From contig MU056063.1 of the NCBI GenBank assembly GCA_013239625.1, positions 8,804,122 through 8,868,121 on the forward strand: 64,000 nt of DNA, in the 5' to 3' direction. The notes beneath the pieces are model-generated. The model did no database searches. It was not told the DNA's origin and worked only from the letters and a program-made list of their open reading frames with translations. The position numbers and the translations under genes are program-made. Source of the stretch: Lama guanicoe (taxonomy: Eukaryota). Shown here in pieces: positions 37,501 to 48,715 of the stretch; positions within the stretch are counted from its first letter, which is position 1; the number at the start of each line of letters is the position of its first letter.

Positions 37501-40481
37501 GAGCCCCCGTCCTCACCCCATTCTTTAACCCCATTCCTCTCAAGGCCCTGCCCGCGAGCTCTTCTTGGCTCCCTGTCTGTCGTCTCTGCTCCTTGATCCT
37601 CTGGGGGCCTCCCCTCCAGCCCCGGCCTCCTGGAGGCTCTGGCCTCCCTGTGCATTGTTCAAGCATGTTGTCTCCCTCCCTGTCTCGTCTCTGGTCCTTT
37701 TCCCTCCTGCGGACCCTGCAGTGAGTCAGGGAGTGGGTTTTCTTCTTGTCCAAAAGACAGGTATGGACCGTGCCAGGACAAGGGGCCTGTCCTTGGACCA
37801 CAGCATTGGCCTCCACTGCGAGGCTCACGAGCAGAGGTCAGTGCAGCCACCCTTGGGGAGCCCAGAGCGGGGGCACCCTCGGGCAGCATGGTGGCCACGC
37901 ACAGTGAGTGAGCACCACGTCTGCATTATTTATTATTTCTGCCTGCTGCTTGGTGCACACGTCTGAGAAGAAGCCCATGTGGATGAGCTGTCTCCCTGCG
38001 CTGAGTGGAGTTCTAAACACAGGCCCACAGAGGTCCAGAGGAAGGTGCCACGTCAGTTACTCAAGAGGGGCGTGCACGGTCTCCCACTAACACGAGTCCC
38101 AGGTCTTTCAAAAGGGATTTATTTCTTAACTGTCCACTAAGTGACCTTTCCAGTTGTAATTTTCTGCTCCTAGTTCTCAGGGCGCTTGGTTGAGTGAGTT
38201 GAGTTTTCTCCTAAGTGTGAGAAGTGTTAACTTGACATCAGTTGTTTAGGTGACACGTCCAGAATCAGAGCCTAACTGGTTCATTTTCACTCAGTAATGA
38301 GGATGTGTCCGTGTATGTAAGTAGGTTTATGCAGGTACCTACACTCACACACAGAACACACATTCACATTGGTCTCTGTATACATTACGTGGTCACAGGT
38401 ATTAATTTGGTCAGCAGGTCGTCCCTTTGAACAAGGTTTGGGGAGGTTCTTCTTTCTGCTGGCCTTAGTCTCACCTGGCACCTCGCCCTGTGTCATCGGG
38501 GTGGACGGCCCTGTCCGTCCTGCAGGAGGGACGCTGGTTCCACCCCTGCAGCTGCACGATGCGGGCGGCAGCTGGCCTTCTGGGCACAGCTGGGCAGAGT
38601 GGGTGGCGTGAGGGCCGGGGATGTGAGAGCTGCCGGGTCAGGCCCAAGTGCCACTCACAGCTGCCCGGGACCCGGAGGAAAGCTGGCATCGTGGGGCAGT
38701 GTCTTCTGGACAGACTGGCACGATGCTGCGGCTGGAAGTGTGTGCGGATTTCTGCACGTGCAGGCGGGCGCGCGTGACCAGCGAAGGGAGGGTGAGATTG
38801 GCTCCTGGGAACACGGCTGCTGCCGGGGCCGCTGTGATGAGTAATAGACCCATTAGATTGCAGTGAAGTGCGTGATGATGTGTAATTAGGGGTGGCATCA
38901 GTCAGGCAGGAACCACAGCATTAAAGATGTGCGCAGGATCGTTTCCCAGGCTGAAACGCTCCCCGTGACTTGAGCAGGACGTGGAGTGCGTGCATTTGAC
39001 TCATGCATCTGCTGCTGTGGTTCCAGACCGGCTGCTGCTCGGCAGGACAGCTGGTGTCCTCTTAAGTCTCCAGTATTTGTAGTGACAGTGGCCACCGTGG
39101 TTTTAAAAAGCTATTTTAGGCAACTCAACAGCTGGTAGAACGGTTCTGATTGGCGACTTCACCAAAAAAGCATCTATTTTTGTTCTTGTGGAGCAGGCAG
39201 AGCCCAGCTGAGCACTGGTCTGACACTGGTCTGCGCTTCCCAGCTTCGGCTCCAAGCCCTTCCCTCCCTCCCCTTCGTGGCTTGTTCAGCCGTGGGCTCT
39301 GGGCGGGGGCAGCGAACCCCCACCGGCCGCCGTCCACCTGACTGTTTAATCAGAATCCAGCGTCTGGCAGACACTTCAGTTGTTAATCCGGCTGCTGTTG
39401 GTAGCTGTGTGAACAGTCACTTCGGACCCTCTCCTTGGCCCGGCCTCCTAGCATCTCGCAGACTCCAGATGGAGCGCTCCCTCCCCGGGACGGCACAGAC
39501 AGGGGAGCTGGGCTCACTTGGTTTCAAGTGCTGTCTGGCCGCCTGTGCCCCTACCGGCGTCCACCGCCCGCTGTCTGGGTGGAAGGGGAGGACCATGCAT
39601 ACCCCAGGCGTCCGCAGCCCTGTGTGATGGGCTCGGGGCCACGGCCGAGACCTTGCAGAGGCGGAGTTGAGTCTCTGATCCCCGGAGGTCACGTCGTCAG
39701 GGTCAAGGTCAGGGTCGTGGGGATGCCGGCAGGGACTGTGAGTAAAGTGTGAGTTGACAGATTTCAGGTTCACCGGAGATGTAATCATAAAATTCTATGT
39801 TCTAATTGGATTAATTTAGGGTAAAAAAAGCCGTTGAGTTCTCGTTGTAATCCATAGACAATGTTTTTATACTAGACAATTGAAAGTCCTTGAGAAGACT
39901 GAGGCCTGTCCTTTATCAGCCCAGTGCCAGGTGGGCTGGAAGCCACTGTTCCCCTGGGAGGGATGTGGAACTCAGCTCTTCTGCTCTGGAAAGTTCCCAC
40001 CAGGGACGTGGACTCAGGTGTGGGCCAGTTTTACACCCTTTAAAGCAGCTGTTAGGTTAAGGCCGTGGGCATGAGTCCGGGAGGCATGGAAACCCCGGTT
40101 GGGGCTGAATTGGACGAAACATCAACAGACAGACACAGAAACAGCGTGGCTCGTTCGACACAGCGTCTCCCGGTCTCCCACAGGCGTGCGGTGCCCCCAG
40201 GGGCCCTCAGCCACGGCCGGGCCGCCAGCAAGAGGCTGTGGATGCCTAGCAGTTCCAGGAGTGGTGGACATTGTATGGTGTCTGTGACAGGCACCCAGGC
40301 GGAGAGGAGTGTCAGGTGCTTTGTTTTGGAGAAAGGAGACAAGGAGGAGACGGCCCTGTGCACAGCCAGGGTGCTGGATGTTTTCAATTTTAATTTCATC
40401 TCATTCCTGCCTTCGTAAAACCTCACTGCAGTTGGTGGCTGAGATCTGCACCTGAGGGCTGGGGTGCTGGGGTACTTTTGT

Positions 40482-40645
40482 AAATAGTGCTCCTGTGAAC
40501 ACTGGGGTGCAAGTGTCTTTACAAATTAGAGTTTTTTTCTGGATATATGCCCAGGTGTGCGGTTGCTGGATAATCTGGTAAGTCTATTTGTAGTTTTTTA
40601 AGGAACCGCCATACTGTCCTCCACAGTGGCTGCACTAGTTTTCAT
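40482..40645 (-). mobile_element. L1 ORF2 3' fragment
   Basis: aatagtgctcctgtgaacactggggtgcaagtgtcttt...ggatatatgcccagg...tagttttttaaggaaccgccatactgtcctccacagtggctgcacta. Confidence 0.85.
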
Positions 40646-41889
40646 TTGAGGTGGGAGATTCTACTGGCCGTTCAGAGGACAAGATGGGAACTTGGCGGCT
40701 GTGTAGGACGGCTCCCTGCGGGCAGGCTGGGCAGACTGTGAGGGCACAGCCCAGGCAGTGTCAGGACCCTCAAGGGCCTTGACATGCTCTCTCTCCGCAT
40801 ATTTTGGGCTGTCTTTTGGGCTCGTTCGGACTCATATCATCTGACAGCGAGTTTCCGTCCAGTTGCCTACAAGGGAAGCAGTTTCTGCCTCTTCCCGACA
40901 CTTACTGCGCAGTTTGTCTGTGGGCTATATTGAGTCTGACAATTTCAAAAACCCACACTCATGTGTTCTGAGAGGTGACCAGGAAGCGCGCTCCCAGTCG
41001 GTCCCATGGAAGCTCCAGACCTGTTCACACCCCGACTGGATCGGAATCCCCAGTTCCAGAGTCAGGGCTGAGGCCAGTTTGGCGCCTGCACGGTGGGACT
41101 TCCCTCCACGACCCTGGTGCTCACGCTTGACCACTTCCCCCTTTTGTGACCTGGCCTTGGTGTCACTTTGTCTTGACGGCTCTCTGAGGGGTCTGTACGT
41201 CACCCTGTCCAGGGAACAGAGGAGGTTGGCTTATGGAGACGTGAAGGCTGGTGAGGTTGGAGGGTTTCACCCCTGAGGTAGACAGAGTTCTTGGCTCTGG
41301 TCTGTTCGTCAGATTCGTGGACTGGCAGGTGTTTGCAAATTTGTTCACTAACCCAGCGTTTCCAGAGCGCAGACAAGGTGGGCTCATGGCTCCTCTTCAC
41401 AAGCCCAGTCCCCCGACTGCTCAGAGGGCAGCAGATAAGAAATCTTGGTTGTTGCTTTGACTTAAAAGTGAGCTCTGAGCAAAAATTTATTTTTAAGGAT
41501 CTCCAGAATCGGTAAAGGGACAAGGTTGCCTCCACTAGTGGATTTTTCCAGGTAGGTGAACTTTAGATTGAGGTGGGCAGTTTTGAACAGCACGACCTTA
41601 ATAGGGGTTAATTCATTTTTCACCAGCTCTTAGCTGTCATGCCAGTAGACTAGTTTTCAACATGCATCTCAGTTTTGCGTTTTAATTATTTACGGGATAA
41701 GTGCTGATTTCTTTTTCCTGGGAGTTCTTTGAACATTTTATGCTAATACTTCACGTATCTGGATCACTTAGATTAAAGCGCTTCAGTGAGCAAGTCGGGG
41801 AGACGCGTGAGGCCCCATGACCGTCTATATTTATATCCACGAGAGACCTCCCCCTACCCCGTCTCCTTCTACTTTTGGTTAACACGCTG

Positions 41890-42200
41890 GGAAAATTCAC
41901 TTACCCAGCCTGCGTTCCCGGGTGCCTGCGTAGCGCTAAGTGCTGGGAATTCAAAGGGTGATAGCCTTTGAACATACAATCTAGTCGGGAGGAAAACAGA
42001 CTGTAGCATAGTTATTTTGCAAAGCTCGAGTTAAGTGGTCATTGTCGAAGTTCATAAAATACATGAGGTGCAGAGGAGGGAGCCAGTTATGGAAAGGTCA
42101 CTTCAGGGAGGGCTGGACGGAGGTGCTTTGGAAGAAGGATGAGTAACGGGAGAGGGTCTCCGACTAGGTGGAACTCTGCCTGCAGAGGTATGTTGAGACC
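41890..42200 (-). mobile_element. L2 remnant
   Basis: gcgctaagtgctgggaattcaaagg...catacaatctagtcgggaggaaaacagac...gcagaggagggagc...ttggaagaaggatgagta follows the antisense L2 pattern. Confidence 0.5.
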
Positions 42201-42881
42201 ACGTGGTTCACAATTTCTGGGTCTAAAGGCTGGAGGGGTGTAGAAGCTGGTCAGCAGGCGCAACGTGGGTGGAAGCCAGGCTCGGCCTGGAACCTACGTC
42301 CCGGGATGGGCATTGCTGGATGGCTGTGGGCAGAGATGATGTGTGTTTGGGGGAGAAGGAGCCCTGTGGCTGGAGGTGGGGTGGGTCATTGGGGGTGAGG
42401 TCGCATAGAGGCTCTGTTTTGCCTGAGAGGGGACGGCCCCACCAGCACCATGGAGGTGGGAAGACGAGAGAACTGGGGGCCAGACCGAGGGGTGGAGCAG
42501 CGAGCCCTTCCCCGGGCGGGGGTCAGGCTTCTTCTAGCTCTGTCGCCTGCCTGCCGGGTGACATTCTTAAATGTCCCCAAATCTGAGACAGGAAGTTCTC
42601 CTTACTGGGCATAGGGACCTACCTGTCAGCAATGGCAACGTTCATCTTGGAGAGGTCTTTCCTTGGAGACACTCCCAGCCCTGGGCCGGGATGAGGGGGA
42701 CAGCTCCCTTATCTGGGGCCCCTTGGAGGGGTGCTAACAGGAAGGGTGCATGCTCAGCCCGGGGCTGGAGAACAGGAGGGCCGTGCGTGGCAGGCGCTTT
42801 CACGTCTATAAGGGCACTTGTGTGGGAAGCAGTGAATGTAACCAAGCAGGCAGGAATTCATTGGACGTGAAATGGTTGGGA

Positions 42882-43058
42882 AAGGGGTTTCTTAACTTGG
42901 GACCATGGCTCCCTAGAGGGTCCGTGGACAGACTTGGGGGCCCCGTGACCCCAGGACCGTGTGCGAAGTCGATGCTGTGATTACTTGTGGAGCTCCTGTT
43001 TTCCTGGGACTGTTGGATTCTCCTGGGGGGATGTGACCCCCACGGGTTAGAGTCAAGG
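42882..43058. mobile_element. hAT-Charlie-type MITE remnant
   Basis: Start aggggtttcttaacttgggaccatggctccctagagggtccgtggacaga and end ggattctcctggggggatgtgacccccacgggttaga resemble the two termini of Charlie-derived MERs. Confidence 0.5.
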
Positions 43059-45275
43059 TCTAGAGCAAGAACAGGGGTCCAGACGTGTTGGGGTGGGCGC
43101 GGGAGGAGGGCCGCCTGGGTGCCCAGACCTCGCCAAGACTCTGCTCCTGTAAAGGAGTCTAACCCTCTGAACAACTGGGGACAGGGATGCCCCAGGGGAA
43201 GGTCACAGGAGCCCCTCAGCTGGTCCTCTGCGAGTTTAGACGTGGGGCGTGTCACAGCCAGGAGACCAGGTTTGGTTTGTTTGGCTGAGTGCCTGATGAC
43301 TTGTTTGTCTGATCCGTCCTTCTCCTTTGAGGTGGGGCTTCCTTCCTAAACAAGAAGTTTCTCGGGAGGAAGAGGCTTCTCTGATTGGTGCTTCTCCCTC
43401 CCAGAGCACCTCGCATACTCAGAAAGGCAGCAGACCTAACCGCCCAGGTCCTTTCTCCTAACTGTCCAAACATGTTTCCTCCTTGAGTATAAGCAAAGCA
43501 AACAACGCTCACCCTGCACTAAGGCGCTGCCCCTTCTGCCTGTCCCGCCACATGCAAACGGTCCAGGCGAGGCTCCACCGGCCCAGAGGAGCGCCCTCCC
43601 CAGCTTCCCGCTCCACAGCATCCTGTTGTGTAACTTTGACGACACGGGGCGGGCGTCCTTTCCTCCCTCCTGGAATCCTCATGGTGCATTCCTTGTGTTG
43701 CTCACTTAGATCTAATTAATATCTTTAATTGGCGTGTTCTGTAGCTCTGGGAGCCGCTTATTGGGTTTCATAGGTGTCTCTGGCAGCACAAAATGTTCAG
43801 TGAGCGAAATGATTGTTCCAGTGAAATGAACATGCACAGATTCACTGAGTTAACAAATGAGTTAAGTGATGACTTCATGGAAACTCCTGAGACAGTGGTT
43901 TTGGATTATCTTCTCAGCGTAAGATATGGAAATGGACAATGTGTGTGGAGGTTTTGGGGGAGAGAAATGTGCCTCTTCTTTTAGATGGTAAAAAACACCG
44001 TGTGTCCGCGTGTGGTTTTCACCAGGAAGAGCATGTGTGTAAGCGGGTTTGCGTCCTTTGTGCCTGGAGGCCGCCGGGGCGACGGGAGGGCGGGTTGTGG
44101 GTGTCTCCGCCCAGGGGGTGGGTGTCACTGCGGGGACAGGGAAACAGCCACATTGGGCTTGAATTCCCTGCTCTGGTTCTGGACACGAGGCCCGGCACGT
44201 AGGCGGGTGGTGTGACTAGGTGGGTGAGAGACGGCTGGAGCTGCTGGGGCTCCGCCTGACTCCTTGTGCAGCTGGGGACATGGAATCCCGGTCCAGGCCG
44301 TTTTCATCGTCTGCCGGCTGTGGGGACCAGTCAGCTCAGGGATGGGTAACTGGGCACAGCTGGACTAGACGGAGCCCTTTCCATCCTTAGTCTAAACCAC
44401 CTTCCTTTCCTGGGCCTGGTGCCCAGTGTCCCCGGGGGACCCCCGCTCCTCACTCACCAGAGTTTCAGGTCCTGGTTTTCTCATCTGTAGGTGGAGACGC
44501 ACATGTCTGGCCTGTGCTGTGCTGGGTGCCTGGTCGCTCTGGGACGTGGGGTCTGGCCCCAGGACAGTCACATGTGACCCGAGTAGATTAGACCCACTGG
44601 TGACACTGCATTTGGAATGTTCTCTGATCGCTATTAGGGATGTGAGGGAGGTGGATTTTCTGTGAATCGACCAGAGTCATGGGACGGGGCAGGTTGTCAG
44701 GTCCCGACGTAAGAAGCTCCACGTAAGGCAAGCTCAGTGCGTGTGCGTTTGTTGCAGACAGAGGAGGACTCTGGCCATTAGGGCTTCAGAGGAGGGGGGC
44801 GACCGCTGTTTGCTTCTTTGGGAACGTGCTTCACATCCTTATCTGAAGAGGCCCGTTGGCTGGGCAGATTGGGGAGGAAGTCTCATTCATCTGGGGCACA
44901 GAGCGGCACAGACGCCCTGAGGCCAGGCATGCGGGTCTGAGGGTCGGGTGCGGGTCCCTGGCAGTGAGGGCCTGGCAGAGCCTGGATGGGACAGCCCAGG
45001 ACCCCGTTTGTTCCCGCACTCGGCTCTGGGGGGGAGAAGAGGAGCTGGCAGGAGGTGGGCAGCGTTGTGGACTTTAGGTGAACAAGACTCATCCGGGATG
45101 TGAAACTGCGATTTTATGTGATCAAGTTGGCTCGTTGCGTGATTAACTGCCTTGCCTCAGCGGGAGACAGGGCGATGGCTCCCTAGGCCCTGGTAGGTGG
45201 AGGTGCACTCCCTGGAGGGCCCTGGGTTGGGCGAGCGGGAAAACAGGCGTGGTTACAGCAGTGGAGACCCAGAGA

Positions 45276-45359
45276 CTCTGAGACCCAGACCCCAGGGCCC
45301 TGGGGCTCCCGGCCACCCTCTGAGATCCAGACCCCAGGGACCTGGGGCTCCCTGCCGCC
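45276..45359. repeat. Tandem duplication, period 42 bp, 2 copies, each with a 16-bp palindrome
   Basis: ctctgagacccagaccccagggccctggggctcccggccacc / ctctgagatccagaccccagggacctggggctccctgccgcc. Confidence 0.9.
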
Positions 45360-48309
45360 AGTGTCACAGCACCCCCGGCCCCCTGATTCTGGCTCTTGCT
45401 TCTGTAAGAGCTGGACGCAGAGAAGACCGTCTGGTCTGCAGTGTGTCTTGATCTGTCCCCCTCCTCCTCAGCTCCAGGGGCTGCTGTCCTTACGGGACGA
45501 GACACGTCTGCACCTCCGGGCTGCTGAGGGATCAGTGGTCCCCTCCTCTCTCGGGAGGGGAGGCCCCTCGTCCGGCTGCTGGGGGAGTGATTCCTTGCAG
45601 AGTGCTTCATTCAGCTTCAAATTTTCACCATCACAGCGCATGGTGCTGCTGTCAGTGTGGCTTTTGAGGCTTTTGAGGCTTTTGGGGCGGCCCCATTGCA
45701 AAAGCAAAATACCGCAATTTGGCTATTTATCGACATCCATGAACACAATAGAAATGGCTCCTGCTTCCTGGCTGCTCCCTTAAGTGCAGTTGAAAGGGAG
45801 AAAGTGTTTGCTTTTCTGGGGCTTTTATTCTAGCACTTTTTGTATTTAATAAAAGAGTCAGAAAATATGTCTGAAGTGCTCTTTTCAATCTGAAGAACAG
45901 AGGCTGCCTTTGTGGGAGGGAGGCAGCTCCAGCCTCCCCGGGCCTGAGAGGGGACGTGGGGCGGGGGACCCCAGCTCCAGCCCAGACCCGGGGCTCCCAC
46001 GCACCCGCAGAGGGCCCAGTGTCTCCTGGGTGGAAAGCTGCGTGCGATGCCGCAGTGACAGCCCGGCCTCGGGTGTCTTGGGAGGACTGGGGTGACGCCT
46101 GACTCTGGGGGGCCCGGCCGCGTACTTCACCCCCGGCGGGGGCGTGTTATGTGCTTGACCCTCCCCACTTTCTGTGTCGCTTCCGTGTGTCATCCCTCCT
46201 GGAGAAAAACGACCCTCGCAACCAGACTGTAGTTTCTGCACAAAGAGTTTTATTTAGAAAACAGAAGCGCCTTGTCATTTCTGTCAGTGTTCTCATCGTT
46301 CACATCTCCCACCAAATGACTTCCTAGTTTATCACACACGTAGTCCCTGGAAATACATTAACTCGGTCCTGTTAAATAACCAATGTTGAATCAAAAGCCC
46401 AGAAAATAGCTTTCATGTTTGCATCACTCTTGGCTGCATGTCTGGAGAGCCGAGCGGTCTTGACCGTCTCTTCCAATCCCCCAGGAGGGCCCCCCACTTC
46501 AGGGCACAGGTACGGGTCCTCCCACCCCAGGGGTGCCCGGGTCGGCGTCAGGCCGGGAACAGACGTGCGCGCGAGGGCCTGGGGAGCAGACACGCTGGGA
46601 ACCGGAGCCATGGTGCCCCGAGCGATCTGTCCGCCGCTGGGAAGGAGGGTGGCGGGACTGCGGTGGGCGGCTTCCCAGTGCTTCTGACGCTCACGGCCCT
46701 CGCTTTAAATCTTCCCGCAATGGGCTGGTTTTTGTCTGTGAGCTCTAACGGAAGCTGCGAAGAGAATCCCGCTCTTACGGTCACATGGGCACCTTGCTGT
46801 TACAGGTTGTGCTGATGGGTCGTAAACTTGCAGAACGTTGATCCTTGTCCTGTGGAGTTTTCGGCTCTGAGTGAGCAGGTGGCTGATGGAGACGGCAAAC
46901 GGCCAACCTGTCGTTGCTCCTGATGCTCATGGTGACTGGGGCACATTTCTTGCACTGTTTTATTTCCACAGCCTGCGTGCACGTGAAGTTACCTGCAAAC
47001 TGTTTGAAAAAATTCACCAAGTGTCTGGTGTCTCTTCCTTTTCCAGGCGGATGACCTGACCCTGGGACGGGGTGACCAGTAGGTATAACACACAAGACTG
47101 AGGCTCAAATTAATTGTTTTCCCGAGAGTAACCAACTCAGAAAACATTTGATTGCAAAGCACTGTGCTGCACGTGATGGAAAACATACAGTGTACTGTTT
47201 TGCCCACCTGAAGTAAATGTTTCTGTGAGGGAGATAACTCCAGTTAATTCTGATAATTGCTTTAATATGAGAGCCAGCAACTCTTTTGTAAAAACCAGCT
47301 GAGAAATATTTTACGCTTTCCAGACATGTGCAGTCTGACCTGTGTGGCTGTAGCAAGAAGTGGCTGTGGTGAAATCGGGGAGAAACGGGGGGAGGTGTTG
47401 AGGAGGCCTCGTGTGCCAAGGGCAGGGAGGAGGAGGTGGGGACGGTGGCCCTTGGTGGGCAACAGGGAGGGCGCATGCTTAGGAAAGTGGGTGTGAAATG
47501 AAGGGGTGTCTACTGACCGACGGAGGCCTGGGTGAGGGTCTCTGGGGACTCGAGTGGCCCCGAGGGCGCAGGCATTGGTTTTCTTGACCGTTGCGTCCCT
47601 ACTGTGAATCCTGTTTGGACAAAAAGTAGGGTCAAGTGTGAATCAGTGGTTTGGGGCGACCCTGGCCCGTTGCTCAGCTGTTTCTGGTCATTCTGGGCAG
47701 CCTGGGCGTGGGGAGACCCACACCCTCCCTGGGTGCCCACTGACATGACGGAACGGGGCCAGTCCCTCTGGGCCTCCCCCGGCTGGGGCACCACGGTGCA
47801 GGTCTGCGCAGTGACCATGAGCTCCAACTCTGATGAATCTGAATGGACGTTGGAGTCACTTCAGCTCATCATGCAGGTACTGAGACGTGCCTGTGTGTCC
47901 TGGTTTCATGAATTTTTAATTTATGACATTCTTCTGTGAGATGCCACGTACGTCTTCGGTGGCCGTGTTTAGTCAAGGGCAGTGCACAAAGTCGGGGGTA
48001 GTGACGAAGGCGCCTGTGACTTGGGGACGTGGAGCCCAGGGCAGCCGTGGTACCAGTGTACTGATGACTGAAATGTCCGTGTGGGAAGAAATCACGTAGC
48101 CTGGCTCAGGGGTGAGTGAACAGAGGTAATAGATTCAAATTATGAAGAAAATTTTCTCAGTATTTCTAACGATGGTGTTTTGGACCCTCAAGGACATACC
48201 AGAGGCCTCCTGGTTTAAGAGATCTGGAATCAGGTTGAACAATCCGTGCTCCCCAGGAAGAGGGGCCGAGAGGGAGAAAATACAGCCCGGTCACTTCTCT
48301 GTCTGCAGT

Positions 48310-48715
48310 TTTTTCAGCGGCTTTATTGGGTTAGAATTTACATGCCATCCAGCTCACATGAAGTGTACAGTTCAGTGCTCGTTCGGAGACTTGTGCAGAC
48401 ACCACACAGTCGACATTAAAACGTTTCCATCACCTCCAGACCCCCTCCGTCCGCAGCCGTGGGCCACCACTTCCTGTGGCTGCAGACTTCCCTGTGCTGG
48501 GTTTCCGTGTGGATGGGCCCGTGTGGCAGGTGGCCTTCTGTGCCCAGCTTCTTCCACTTGGCTGAGGTTTTCAAGGCTCGTCCATTGTGGCAGGAACCAC
48601 TCCTTTTCATGGCTGAGGAATATTCCTCTGTGTGGATGATGCCGCGTTGTGTTTATCCAACACCCAGTGATGGACATTGGGTCGTTTCCACCTCTACGTT
48701 TGCTTGTAACCATTG
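48310..48715 (-). mobile_element. L1MB-type 3' UTR fragment
   Basis: ctttattgggttagaatttacatgccat...aagtgtacagttcagtg...tttcaaggctcgtccat...ttttcatggctgaggaatattcc...gatggacattgggtcgtttccacct. Confidence 0.8.
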
